DNA of 60,000 nucleotides from Botryllus schlosseri (Eukaryota), in assembly GCA_051294905.1 (NCBI GenBank), contig CM119372.1:11286001-11346000 (forward strand), given 5' to 3'. The position numbers and the translations under genes were made by a program. The notes beneath the pieces are model-generated. The model made no database searches, was not told the origin of the DNA, and saw nothing but the letters and a program-made list of their open reading frames with translations. Numbering within the stretch: the stretch's first letter is position 1; each line of letters opens with the position of its first letter. This document shows positions 1 to 11,200 of the stretch, piece after piece.

Positions 1-330
1 TACGATTTCTACTACGATGTCAGTCATAGTACAGACTTCGTTTCAACACGCGCGCTGAAAATGTTGTGGAACATGAACATGCAAGAAGCAAGGAACCTGC
101 ATTCCACAGGTAAACTGTGAATACTCTGCGGATAATTCATATTTCAACGATTATATTTTGCTTCCGTTGATCACTGCTGTGGACACAGACATAGAGTACC
201 AGAAAATTTCTTGAAAGCTCAGAGTACGAGCTAAAACACTTCTCTATCCACACAGATGTGTAACTAGTAATTTATCTATAGATGTTTCGCCGGTGACTTT
301 GTTGCAGTATGCCATAAACCGTGCTTTGTG

Positions 331-1875
331 ATGACTAATACAAATGCAGAAACGTTGAATACTGAAGCTTGTGGCTTGGAGCCAATTTTCGGCTCCCTCT
401 TAGAAGCTTATTATGACGTCATTGGTCATATTCCGAGCAAGCGATGGAAGGAATTCGCACGTATTGGGCTAGGCGTTCGTGAGCAAGACATGAATGATAT
501 TGCGGAAGATTATTCTTTCGATATTAGGGAGCAGAAATTTCAAGTGTGTCTTAAGTGGGGTGAACTACAAGGCGTCAATGATAAAGATGCTTGTGCAGCA
601 GAGTCGAAAGAAGTAAATGCCGCAAAGATATTCTTATATCGGATTATGAATCATTTTATGTGGCCTGACAAATGTCCGAAACCCGATAGAATACACACAA
701 TGCACAAGCGAGACAGACAGAGTTATTGCGATCGCGTCGGGAATGTAGTTTTATCCAACAGTACGAAAGCCACACGTGGCTTTCTACCATGCTATCAGCA
801 GAAAAGTCTGATGAAGCAGGTCGTTATATTCAACAACTCATTCACACACTCCCATAAGCTCAGGCCTCGCCTGGGATCAAAAGTTGATGTCGCAAACATG
901 AAGAATTTGTGGAATGAGCTTGGATGTCAGGTTGCCATCCACGAAGATTTCACCGCAATAGACATGATGACGAAACTCAAACAATACGCCAGTGACTGGT
1001 GTCAGTTGGCTTTCTGTGCGGTAATTGTGATGTCACACGGTGATGAGGATGACGCCATTTACGGCGAAAGCTTCGAAACGGTCAATTTTGTCCGTGCACG
1101 TAACGTCACGGATACGTTTAGTACAACGAACGCGCCGCGTCTCGCTGGAATTCCGAAACTATTTTTCTTTCAATGTTCCCGCGGGGGCAAAGCGGGCGGA
1201 CCGCGTTTTCGCCATCCACCGCGGAATCAGACTAATCGCGATGCTGTCGTTGGCTGCGCTGGGAATGGAATTCGAACCTTCACCATGGAAGCTCCGGTCA
1301 AACCACACTTTGACAAAACCGGCCACGCTCCACCGCTCTCAGATATGTTAGTGTGCTACTCCACAGCTCCTGGGTATTCCTCGTTTCGCGACCCAAACAA
1401 CGGTAGCTGGTTCATCAACGCCATAACGAATGTGTTTATGAAACATGCCAAAAGCGAACACGTGGTCGAACTGATGATGAAGGTCTGCTCAGAGATGATG
1501 GACAAATCAGCCTCGGGTGATGAGATCTTGGAAGGCCAAACATGCGTTCCTTCATTTGAATGTACATTGACAAAACTTCTTTACCTTGATCCCGCCAATG
1601 CTCTTAGTAGACATCACGAGGAAGCTGAAAAACTAGCCAAAGGCGTCCAAACAGAGCATTCTGATGATGCGATTATGCTGAGGAAGGTACTCATGGAAAT
1701 AGCTTCAAATGATAGAAATGATGAACGAAAGAAGATGACCACTCGCTCGTTCAATACTGGCGATGTTCTATTTACCGAATTTTCATGTCGAAGATTTTTA
1801 GAAACGATATTACTATCATTGGGAATGATTATAGCCTGGACTTACACTCCACACTTACACGATTCAATCAATTGA
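331..1875 (+). CDS. Intronless caspase-like protein with N-terminal death domain and probably inactive catalytic site (QCSRG)
   Basis: Death-domain-like WKEFARIGLG...IREQKFQVCLKW; caspase motifs IFNN, RLGSKVD, VMSHG, PKLFFFQCSRG, SDMLVCYST.PGY, GSWFI. First ATG at 331; possible 5'UTR intron 110-307. Confidence 0.85.
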   Translation: MTNTNAETLNTEACGLEPIFGSLLEAYYDVIGHIPSKRWKEFARIGLGVREQDMNDIAEDYSFDIREQKFQVCLKWGELQGVNDKDACAAESKEVNAAKIFLYRIMNHFMWPDKCPKPDRIHTMHKRDRQSYCDRVGNVVLSNSTKATRGFLPCYQQKSLMKQVVIFNNSFTHSHKLRPRLGSKVDVANMKNLWNELGCQVAIHEDFTAIDMMTKLKQYASDWCQLAFCAVIVMSHGDEDDAIYGESFETVNFVRARNVTDTFSTTNAPRLAGIPKLFFFQCSRGGKAGGPRFRHPPRNQTNRDAVVGCAGNGIRTFTMEAPVKPHFDKTGHAPPLSDMLVCYSTAPGYSSFRDPNNGSWFINAITNVFMKHAKSEHVVELMMKVCSEMMDKSASGDEILEGQTCVPSFECTLTKLLYLDPANALSRHHEEAEKLAKGVQTEHSDDAIMLRKVLMEIASNDRNDERKKMTTRSFNTGDVLFTEFSCRRFLETILLSLGMIIAWTYTPHLHDSIN

Positions 1876-2139
1876 ACAGCACTTAGGAAGGGATTCTAGA
1901 GTCGACCTCTGTCGGACTTGGACTCGCAACCAGTTGATATTACAGCGATCCAACGTATCACTAAGCTATCTCTCCAGGCATGGTACTAGAGATGCTAGGG
2001 TGCCGCGAAATGTTTTTCCCATTCAGAGGGTGCCGCGGGGTCAAGAAGGTTGCTAACCACTGCCCTAACATATAGGCCTACTTTCTACTTATAAAGTATT
2101 AATCAGGCTCTGTGATTAAATCCTCCAGCTACCTGTAAC

Positions 2140-3074
2140 CAGAGGTGGTCAGTAACGAAGTACTTCTACTTTTTGGAAGTACTCAAGTAGTTTCCCTCTA
2201 CTTCTGGTACGTACTCAAGTAGATCTGATTTTCGCTACTTCTACTTCGTAATATTTTGTTATCTACTTACTTACTTTTCGCTATTTTCAGTTTGTCAAGT
2301 AGAAGTAGTTTAATCCCCCAATACGAAAGATAGCCTGAGGAATTTCGGGGCTGTTTTCACGGAGTTCCAACATCTAATATTCATAAAAGTCAAGTAAAGC
2401 CCAGAAATTTTTATGCGCTTCGCGCATAGTAGTGACGGAGTGACAAATATGTTTTCACGAAAGTATCAATGAATATAATTTAGGTACCGGATTGCTTTGT
2501 TCCGCTCACACCGTATTGTCGCCCATGTCAAATATTTCATCACAGTAAATATGGCCCACCGTTTCGCAATCTAGCAATTTCCTATCATATTATAATCTAG
2601 CAGCCCATAGCTAATCTGGAAAATCCGACTTTTTTGAACGTTACATCTGTTTTAGCCGATCACCTTCGAAGCTTTATGGACAAAAGACATGAAATATATT
2701 TTCCGCTTTTTAGAAGTGGTATTTGTATTTCACTTTCAACTGCGAGTATCATACTTTGAGTTTTAATTACTTTCAGTTCTTTTTTTTCTGCTGAACAGAC
2801 ATGTTGAAGCATAAAAGCAAGTGTAGTAATGCCTCTATTTTCCGAATATAAAGCTACACTAAATATATATTTTACGATCCACAATAATAATAACAAAACT
2901 ACTTACTAATACTTGAGTAGATTTAAAGTCAATCAATTCTACTTCTACTTCAAGTAGTTTTAGCCTTTTAGGTGGCTTATGGCAAAAGTACTTCTACTCG
3001 TACTTGGGTAGATTTTTTCGTCGCTACTTCTACTTCTACTTGAGTAGCTTTCTGGACTATTTGGACCACCTCTG
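2140..3074. mobile_element. Non-autonomous DNA transposon, CAGAGGTGG-TIR family with (TACTTC)n subterminal repeats
   Basis: cagaggtggtc ... gaccacctctg termini; same family as 45386-45643; no clear TSD. Confidence 0.7.
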
Positions 3075-3482
3075 GACTTCGAAATGTTTATAAAAATCCA
3101 TTTTCTCCTGTGATATATATGACCATTTTTCCATAATAACTTAAAGATAAGCTGCTAGATATAAATGACCAGGCTTGACGTTATATGTTCATTAAGAAAA
3201 TTTGTTGGCATATTTTTGCGATCATATTTGTTGCTTGTGTCGTCAGAAGCGTTACGTGTTATTATCACATTAGCCACAACCTACATTTGGGGAAATGGAT
3301 TTTTGGCATTCGTTAATATCCTATCGAAGGCGCGGATTTTCAAGACACGACCCCGTATTTCAAGCAACACTATTGCAGAATTCGCTTTGAAGTAATAGAA
3401 TTCAACTCAATTTCTATATGGATAGTATGATCTTATTTTCAAGAAAAGTCATTTTGTTTCTGTTTATCACCAAGCCTATAGT

Positions 3483-4200
3483 GATCATCTATCATTGGTT
3501 TATTAGCAATTTTTATCAGTTCAATACACCACAAAATGCGATACAATGAAAAGATAGGAAGGTGTCGAATCGACTTGGAGTAGTCTATGGAATCAGACAC
3601 ACACCTTGGCCTAGGCGATGTAAAGAGGAGGCATGCACACAGAATGAAAAGTAAATAAGATAGTATAGAAAAAGGCAAGCAGCGAGCAATGGGGTGGCAT
3701 GTCATGGAAGGCGAGATCGATAGGTCAGTCGTGGTCCGGTAATCTTGAGGATGGACTAATATTCACTAAGTAGTAATTGCTTGTATTTCGACTTGAATGT
3801 GGACATGCTCGTCGACTGTCGGATGGCCGGCGGGGTATTGTCCCACACATCAGGTCCGGCATATTTGATAGAGCGATGATCTTTTCGGTCGATCATATGA
3901 TATTTTGACGACGTGGACGAGCGTGTGTTGTACTTGTGCCCTTTTGATTCCGAGGTAAAAAAGTCATTGAAATGTTCGGGGCAACGACCGCAGAGGAACT
4001 GCTACATAAACTTGGCGATTTCTAGTTTCCGCATATCTTCTATGTTTAGGACACCGAATCTCATCAGTAGCGGCTTGTTGGATGGACAACCAGGGCCCTG
4101 TGGGGCCCTAGTTATGATACGGAGTACCTCGTGTTGTAGTTTTTGCAGTGGCTCGAGTGCAGTTTTACTGGCAGCCCCATTTGCACAAGAACGATGACGA
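3483..4200 (-). mobile_element. Degraded 3' end of a LINE (L2/CR1-like)
   Basis: Minus strand reads ...RKLEIAKFM.QF..., typical of an L2/CR1-group ORF2 C-terminus; 3'UTR shared with 41818-42084 and 46988-47545. Confidence 0.65.
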
Positions 4201-4304
4201 TTTCACGATAATTGAGCTAAATTTGATCTAAAACTTTGTGGGGGTCCGCGGGATCCTTGACGGTCCGAAAGGGGTCCGCGAAGACAAAAAGGTTGAGAAC
4301 CACT

Positions 4305-4385
4305 CAGAGCTGTGGAGTCGGAGTCGGTGGAGTCGGAGTCGGGGTTTGGCTAATTTTCGCTTTATGGAGTCGGAGTCGGAGTCTT
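4305..4385. repeat. (GGAGTC)n MITE end
   Basis: cagagctgtggagtcggagtcgg; related to 13307-13464. Confidence 0.6.
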
Positions 4386-4490
4386 TATCATGTGAACAAA
4401 TTCTTTATCATGTAAACAATTTCTTTTCAAATATATCTTTTAAATTACTTATAATAACTATAATAGGATGTTATTAGTAACGAAACAGAT

Positions 4491-5340
4491 CAGGGGTGGC
4501 CAGACCGTGCCCCGTAAGCCAAATGGGACCCGCGAGAAGGTTTTGTGTGGCCTGAGAGGAAATTCTCAAAATTATATATACCATCAGGTAAAATTGCACG
4601 CCCAACCAAAATTTGATTAACCTAACCGCGAAATTTGATGATTACTAAAACATTGACGCATTGGCATAACCAGGGGCCACTCACATTCAGCGCAGATCTT
4701 CATATATGACCATAAAGTAGAATATTCCGTAGCATATTTATTTGACTTGAAATTTTTCTTAGCACTTCGCCTGATTTATTGTCACATTTTTTGCATTTTG
4801 TATTGGAAACCTTCCTAGAAATTATAAATACGCGAAATTAACAGAATTGAGTCCAACTATACCCATTAGGAGATAACGTGTCGTCCAACGTGGGACTTCG
4901 GTTGTGCGCTCGAAGCGAGATCGTCGGCGATGAAACATTTGCGCAAAACGACATGGCCATGCATGCTCACCGAAACCGTCGATATTGCTCTGTCTAAAAC
5001 GCCAAATAATCCTGTACTAGCCAAATTAGCCCATTGGTATGCAGAGGCGACCCCCAAATGTGCAAGTAATATTTATTGATCGAATACATTCATTACCTTT
5101 GAAAAAATTTCGTGCTTCGCGCGACCAGGGCATGACTGCACTCTGTACAGTTGCACACTGAGTTTTCACGACATATTTGTTATCAATTTTAAAACGCAGT
5201 GATATTAGTCTTGTTTTCAATGTTACCGAATACGGTTCGTTCCTATCGGGCGACTAAAAAAGTTATCAACATTCAGGCTGCCCGCGCAATGGTTCGTAAA
5301 TCTCATGCGACCCTTTGGCCGAAAAGGTTGGCCACCCCTG
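4491..5340. mobile_element. hAT-like non-autonomous element
   Basis: TIR caggggtggcca / tggccacccctg; flanks aaacagat / acatagat (6/8 match). Confidence 0.7.
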
Positions 5341-5557
5341 ACATAGATAGAATTGAACATTATTTGCAAATTACAATTCAGTTGCATTAAGAAAGAAGCA
5401 ATATGCATCTTCGCGATGCAATCAAAATAAATTGATGCAATTTTTAGAATTATATCATGATACTGTGACAGTAAATATATCGTCTGGTTTTGTAAAATTG
5501 TGATATTGATGTAAATATAACTATAACGCGAAACAATAACTTCATATTGTTAATTTA

Positions 5558-5597
5558 TTCGCTAAAAGCTTTTCGACTAACTCTCATCAGTAGCGAA
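5558..5597 (-). ncRNA. Minimal type I hammerhead ribozyme (left-arm copy)
   Basis: Reverse complement of 8149-8188. Confidence 0.8.
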
Positions 5598-5769
5598 CGT
5601 TAGTGATGGGGTGAATCAAATTCGAAATGTAAGAACTATTTTGTCTGTATGACGTAATAATAACAAAAACAAACAACTAGTAGACGGGCTAGATACGGTA
5701 GTAACGGTACAAAACAAACGTTACGAGTACATATTCGGTTATAAATAACCGAAAACACAACACATAACA

Positions 5770-7143
5770 TTAATGAAATATTCCAAGAGTGTAGAGGCGT
5801 TCCTTCTGGCGACAGAGAATCGGCTTTCGTAGCTTTATGATCGTAGATTCCAGGACCTTTAAATGAAAAAGAGAACGGCCACGAGCAAGTATAGAAAATT
5901 GACTGTCGTTGTAGTGATCAGCACAATCTGGATGGGATAAGAGATGCTGTCCAATAGCCGAATTACAAGCAGTAACTTGATCATAATCACGCAGTGTGTC
6001 AACAGACTGCGATGAAGGAGTTGGAGAAACATTATTTATTCTAATTTGCCGTGGGACATGCTGGCGAATTCTTTGCTGCAAGCGCTGAGACGTGCGACCT
6101 ACATACCGACTGTCACATCGGCACGTGTATTCATATATTATATTGCTTTGATTTGTCGCAGGTAGCACATCCTTTTGTGTTGCAGGCATCAGAGATTTCG
6201 TCGTGAAGATTATCTGAGGTTCTACTTGTGAAAAACAATGGCTCACTGACGATTTAATTTGTTTTTCAAACCTGTTGGACACTTTCCCAATCCAAGGAAG
6301 ATGCAAATAAACAGGACATTTTCTAGGTCCGAACGGTTTAACTTTTCTGAAATCTTTGAGTTTACGATCTATGGTCATTTTAATGATATGATCAGGATAA
6401 CCATTTGACTGAAAGATTGACCGAATGTTCTCCAATTCAGAATCAAGTTTGACTTTACTACATATCATCAGAGCCCTGTGTACCAGAGTTCTTATCAAAT
6501 TTACTTTACGTTTTACTGGACAGAAAGAATCCCACGAAATGTATTGCCCACTGAATGTAGGCTTACGGTAAACTGATGTAACAAAATTAGCACCCGTCTT
6601 TTCCACTACAACATCAAGGAATGCTAATGAATTATTAACCTCTTTTTCCATGGTGAATTTCAGTGATGGGTGAAGACCATTCAATTTGCTCAGAAACAAA
6701 TCACACTGGGATTCATTTTCAAACATGGCGAAGGTGTCATCAACATATCTTTGATACATTAATGGTCGATCAATATCTTCGAATAACCGTTTTTCGTAAT
6801 ACCCCACAAAAATGTTAGCCAGAATGGGACCAAGCGGCGATCCCATTGCAACACCGTCGATTTGTGTATATATGGTGTTATTGAAACTAAATTCGACATC
6901 ACAAGTGATCAATCGCATTAATTTAACAAAAGAAGACCTTGAGAATGAAGGAGATGGAAGGACACCACCATAGAGTTCATTGGCACAAATCTCTATAGTC
7001 TCTTGAACTGGCACGTTCGTGAATAAACTAGATATATCAAACGAACACATAGAGATTTCGGACTCATCGAGATCAACATTACGAATGGTATCAGCAAATG
7101 TGAACGAGTCACGAATGCAGTTACCACCATAGAGCAAACTCAC
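5770..7143 (-). CDS. Penelope-like reverse transcriptase plus GIY-YIG endonuclease, N-terminally truncated
   Basis: SFDISSLFTNVP, QIDGVAMGSPLGP, YQRYVDD, FLDV, VYRKPT; endonuclease IIYEYTCRC..YVGRT..RL..RIRQH...AIGQH. Confidence 0.93.
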   Translation of the reverse strand: MSLLYGGNCIRDSFTFADTIRNVDLDESEISMCSFDISSLFTNVPVQETIEICANELYGGVLPSPSFSRSSFVKLMRLITCDVEFSFNNTIYTQIDGVAMGSPLGPILANIFVGYYEKRLFEDIDRPLMYQRYVDDTFAMFENESQCDLFLSKLNGLHPSLKFTMEKEVNNSLAFLDVVVEKTGANFVTSVYRKPTFSGQYISWDSFCPVKRKVNLIRTLVHRALMICSKVKLDSELENIRSIFQSNGYPDHIIKMTIDRKLKDFRKVKPFGPRKCPVYLHLPWIGKVSNRFEKQIKSSVSHCFSQVEPQIIFTTKSLMPATQKDVLPATNQSNIIYEYTCRCDSRYVGRTSQRLQQRIRQHVPRQIRINNVSPTPSSQSVDTLRDYDQVTACNSAIGQHLLSHPDCADHYNDSQFSILARGRSLFHLKVLESTIIKLRKPILCRQKERLYTLGIFH

Positions 7144-7163
7144 CGGCTACATCAGTTACATCG

Positions 7164-7976
7164 GTTACATCAGTTTACCGTAAGCCTACATTCAGTGGGC
7201 AATACATTTCGTGGGATTCTTTCTGTCCAGTAAAACGTAAAGTAAATTTGATAAGAACTCTGGTACACAGGGCTCTGATGATATGTAGTAAAGTCAAACT
7301 TGATTCTGAATTGGAGAACATTCGGTCAATCTTTCAGTCAAATGGTTATCCTGATCATATCATTAAAATGACCATAGATCGTAAACTCAAAGATTTCAGA
7401 AAAGTTAAACCGTTCGGACCTAGAAAATGTCCTGTTTATTTGCATCTTCCTTGGATTGGGAAAGTGTCCAACAGGTTTGAAAAACAAATTAAATCGTCAG
7501 TGAGCCATTGTTTTTCACAAGTAGAACCTCAGATAATCTTCACGACGAAATCTCTGATGCCTGCAACACAAAAGGATGTGCTACCTGCGACAAATCAAAG
7601 CAATATAATATATGAATACACGTGCCGATGTGACAGTCGGTATGTAGGTCGCACGTCTCAGCGCTTGCAGCAAAGAATTCGCCAGCATGTCCCACGGCAA
7701 ATTAGAATAAATAATGTTTCTCCAACTCCTTCATCGCAGTCTGTTGACACACTGCGTGATTATGATCAAGTTACTGCTTGTAATTCGGCTATTGGACAGC
7801 ATCTCTTATCCCATCCAGATTGTGCTGATCACTACAACGACAGTCAATTTTCTATACTTGCTCGTGGCCGTTCTCTTTTTCATTTAAAGGTCCTGGAATC
7901 TACGATCATAAAGCTACGAAAGCCGATTCTCTGTCGCCAGAAGGAACGCCTCTACACTCTTGGAATATTTCATTAA
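7164..7976 (+). pseudogene. Inverted second copy of the Penelope RT C-terminus and GIY-YIG domain
   Basis: The 242-aa ORF translation matches the C-terminus of the 5770-7143 ORF. Confidence 0.9.
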
Positions 7977-8148
7977 TGTTATGTGTTGTGTTTTCGGTTA
8001 TTTATAACCGAATATGTACTCGTAACGTTTGTTTTGTACCGTTACTACCGTATCTAGCCCGTCTACTAGTTGTTTGTTTTTGTTATTATTACGTCATACA
8101 GACAAAATAGTTCTTACATTTCGAATTTGATTCACCCCATCACTAACG

Positions 8149-8188
8149 TTCGCTACTGATGAGAGTTAGTCGAAAAGCTTTTAGCGAA
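8149..8188 (+). ncRNA. Minimal type I hammerhead ribozyme in the Penelope 3' repeat
   Basis: Stem I ttcgcta/tagcgaa; core CTGATGA (8156-8162); short stem II gagttagtc; GAAA (8172-8175); palindromic stem III aagctt. Confidence 0.8.
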
Positions 8189-8263
8189 TAAATTAACAAT
8201 ATGAAGTTATTGTTTCGCGTTATTCTGAAGTTCTGTACCACAAATCACTTGTTCAAATATAAC

Positions 8264-11200
8264 TATAGAAATTAAACTTGGAACGGCAACGACCGATTTT
8301 GCAGCTTCGTTCCGCTTCGCCGAGGCTGGAGTGAAGAATAGGCCTTTTGCAGGACTTCGATCACGTGACTAGATACGCATAGCAACAACAAATTGGTTAG
8401 CAAGCTACTTTCTCGCGCACCTGCTTCAGTGCTAAATATCGCATAGTGTACTGTTGATTTCTGGTTGTAAACGTTTCGGAAATTTGTTGTAGAAGTCATC
8501 AGAGATTAACCTATGCTAGATGTCAATCCTGTACAAAGCACATAGAATGATATCGTCAGAATTACGCAGAAATCCGTCGTTAACGTAGCCGTATTTCGGA
8601 TACAGTATATTATCGTTTTCGGGCTGTAAACGTTCGCAAGTGTCATGGAGATGCGCAAGGATTCAAATATGTTGGATGTCTTTGATTCATGAACTATGGA
8701 AACTCCTTGCGTCAAAATGATCAACATTGTAGCCGTTATTTGGTAGTCAACTATGATTTTATGACACAAAATTCGACATTGCAGGACATTGACTGCGTGA
8801 TATTTATTGCATCATTAAGTTAGGTGTGGATAGTATACTATAGTTGTATTGTAGCGGTAGTTGGTAATCATTGCAGCATTTTGATGATTGATATCGATTG
8901 CAATATATATAGGATACTGCTATTTTTAAGCCTAAGAGACAATGACTGCCAGTGCCAGTACGTTGATGTGTTATGAATTCATGCAATGTGCTACATACCA
9001 TATATATATTAAATATCCTAAGCTATTGTATGACTTCTCAGTTGAACAATTCAAAATATTTAGACCTCTACACCTATATTACAAGTTATTGATCATTCTG
9101 TCATGCTGCCAAGTGCCACTACCCGAAGGAAAATGATCATCAGCTCCAATTGAGGGTGAAACAAACTGTCCCGGGGCCTGGATTACTTGATTGATTGCCT
9201 GGATTGGATTACTTCACTCTATGGCACAGTGCAAATATCTTGAGTTTCAAGACATATGGCTATACCACATGCATACGGATTAATGATCTGATGGATTATC
9301 CCAAGAGAGCCGAACATAGGCAACTAAGAAATTGATGATGCCCTCGTCAAGAATTCAGCCTGGAGCCAATTATTATCACCACATAAAATTTGGTCATGCG
9401 GTGGAAGGCAGCGTGGTTTCATGCCAACAGAAAATGTCAGCAAATGATCTGACCACTGACTAACTGTCCTGAACTTCTTTCCCGATGTTGATGTCTGCTT
9501 TGAAAATGATATTTCATTTGTGTACAGCAAGACAAGTGCTCTTCCGTGGATGCTATGAATATGTCTAGACAAGTGGCTATGGAGGTAGAAGAAAATACAT
9601 AGGCATAACAGTCTCGGCAGTTATTGAACTTGATAAGGTTAACATCCATTTTTCTTCAACTATTTCTTATGCTCTGGGTATCGAATGCACAAAAATTAAT
9701 AAATCGATCTTCTTTGCAAGTTTATTTGTAAATTCAATGAATCAAAGAATATCATAAGTTCGGAATATTACGGAGTCAATGCGAAAGAAACAATGTTAGT
9801 CGTCTTTAGAGGATGTTTCTGAGTTGGTTGAGCCAATACACAGAGGGGGTCAGCAACGAAGTACTATTTTATCTGAGTACTAGCGTCATTATGAGTTTAT
9901 GCTACTTCCACTTCTACTTGACACTTTTTAGGTAGTACTTTTTTGTCAGGTTTGGGATTTTGTCAACTAGAATGTAGCTTTGGCGCATGATTGCATCCCC
10001 TTCAAGCGTGAGGTTGAACTGGGCAAAATAGCCCCAGTACCACGGTAACTAAATTAATTTTTGAAAATTGCACTTATTTGTGGTGTCATCACCCTTTTGC
10101 GTTGATCAAGAAGATGCAACATGCAATGTTTACAGTTGTCACATGGCATCAATTTCTAAAACTAAGTGACCCTCAACCAAATCTACTTCATGTAACGAAT
10201 TTCTTGACCGCTTTTCAGAAATTCATTTCTACTTCCACTTGAAGTACTTTGGACATGTCCTGGAAGTAATTAGTGCTACTTGTACTGGAGTATAAATTAA
10301 GGCATTACTTCTACTCGGTTCCCAACAATGACCACGTTGACCACGTCTGGGTATAGGATGACCGATCTTGTCACTGCGTTTGAGCTGCTCTTAGAGTTAT
10401 ATGATAGTTACTTCCCTTAGTTCGCTAAATATCGCACATATGTCACATCAACTATTTATCAAAATCGAGTGTGATTTGCCAAATCTACTTCAATCGCAGT
10501 TGCGAAGTAGTGGTAATAAAATTGGCATTGTATAAGGCAACAATAAAGTGCACTGATTTGCTTAGTCTTGACGGCAGGTTCTCCCAAAAGATACTTCCGA
10601 TGTGTTCAGCGACATTTGTTTTATAGCAGGCCGCCCGCAGTCCCGCACCCAAACCAGCAGACAGTATATCCTAATCCTTGCGGGTCCCGGCTGCTTCAGC
10701 CATATCTTCCATCCAAAATCAGGCTCCACAACAGACAAATAGTACTGCTTGAACTAACAAATACTCTTACCAGAATATAAGCCAATCGCTTTATTTCAAA
10801 TGCATAAATTCAAGTACATATGATCAGAGTTGAGTACAGTAATACGACTAGGTTACCGATGGATTTCTGCGTAATTCTGACGATATCATTCTAAATGCTT
10901 TGTACAGGATTGACATCTAGCATAGGTGAATCTCTGATGACTTCTACAACAAATTTCCGAAACGTTTACAACCAGAAATCAACAGTACACTATGCGATAT
11001 TTAGCACTGAAGCAGGTGCGCGAGAATGTAGCTTGCTAACCAATTTGTTGTTGCTATGCGTATCTAGTCACGTGATCGAAGTCCTGCAAAAGGCCTATTG
11101 TTTTGCGTAAGCGACCGTAGGATTTCTGGCAATCCAAAAGCTATCTTCCCGAGCGCAGAAATTATTGAATCTGGTCTTGATCGAAAGCTACTGTTGCACC

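Larger units (their letters stand above)
5523..8254. mobile_element. Penelope-like retroelement, 5'-truncated, with inverted duplication of its 3' part
   Basis: Inverted arms 5523-6582 and 7164-8223; RT plus GIY-YIG ORF; 31-nt tail 8224-8254; direct repeat aaatataactata at 5513-5525 and 8255-8267. Confidence 0.92.
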
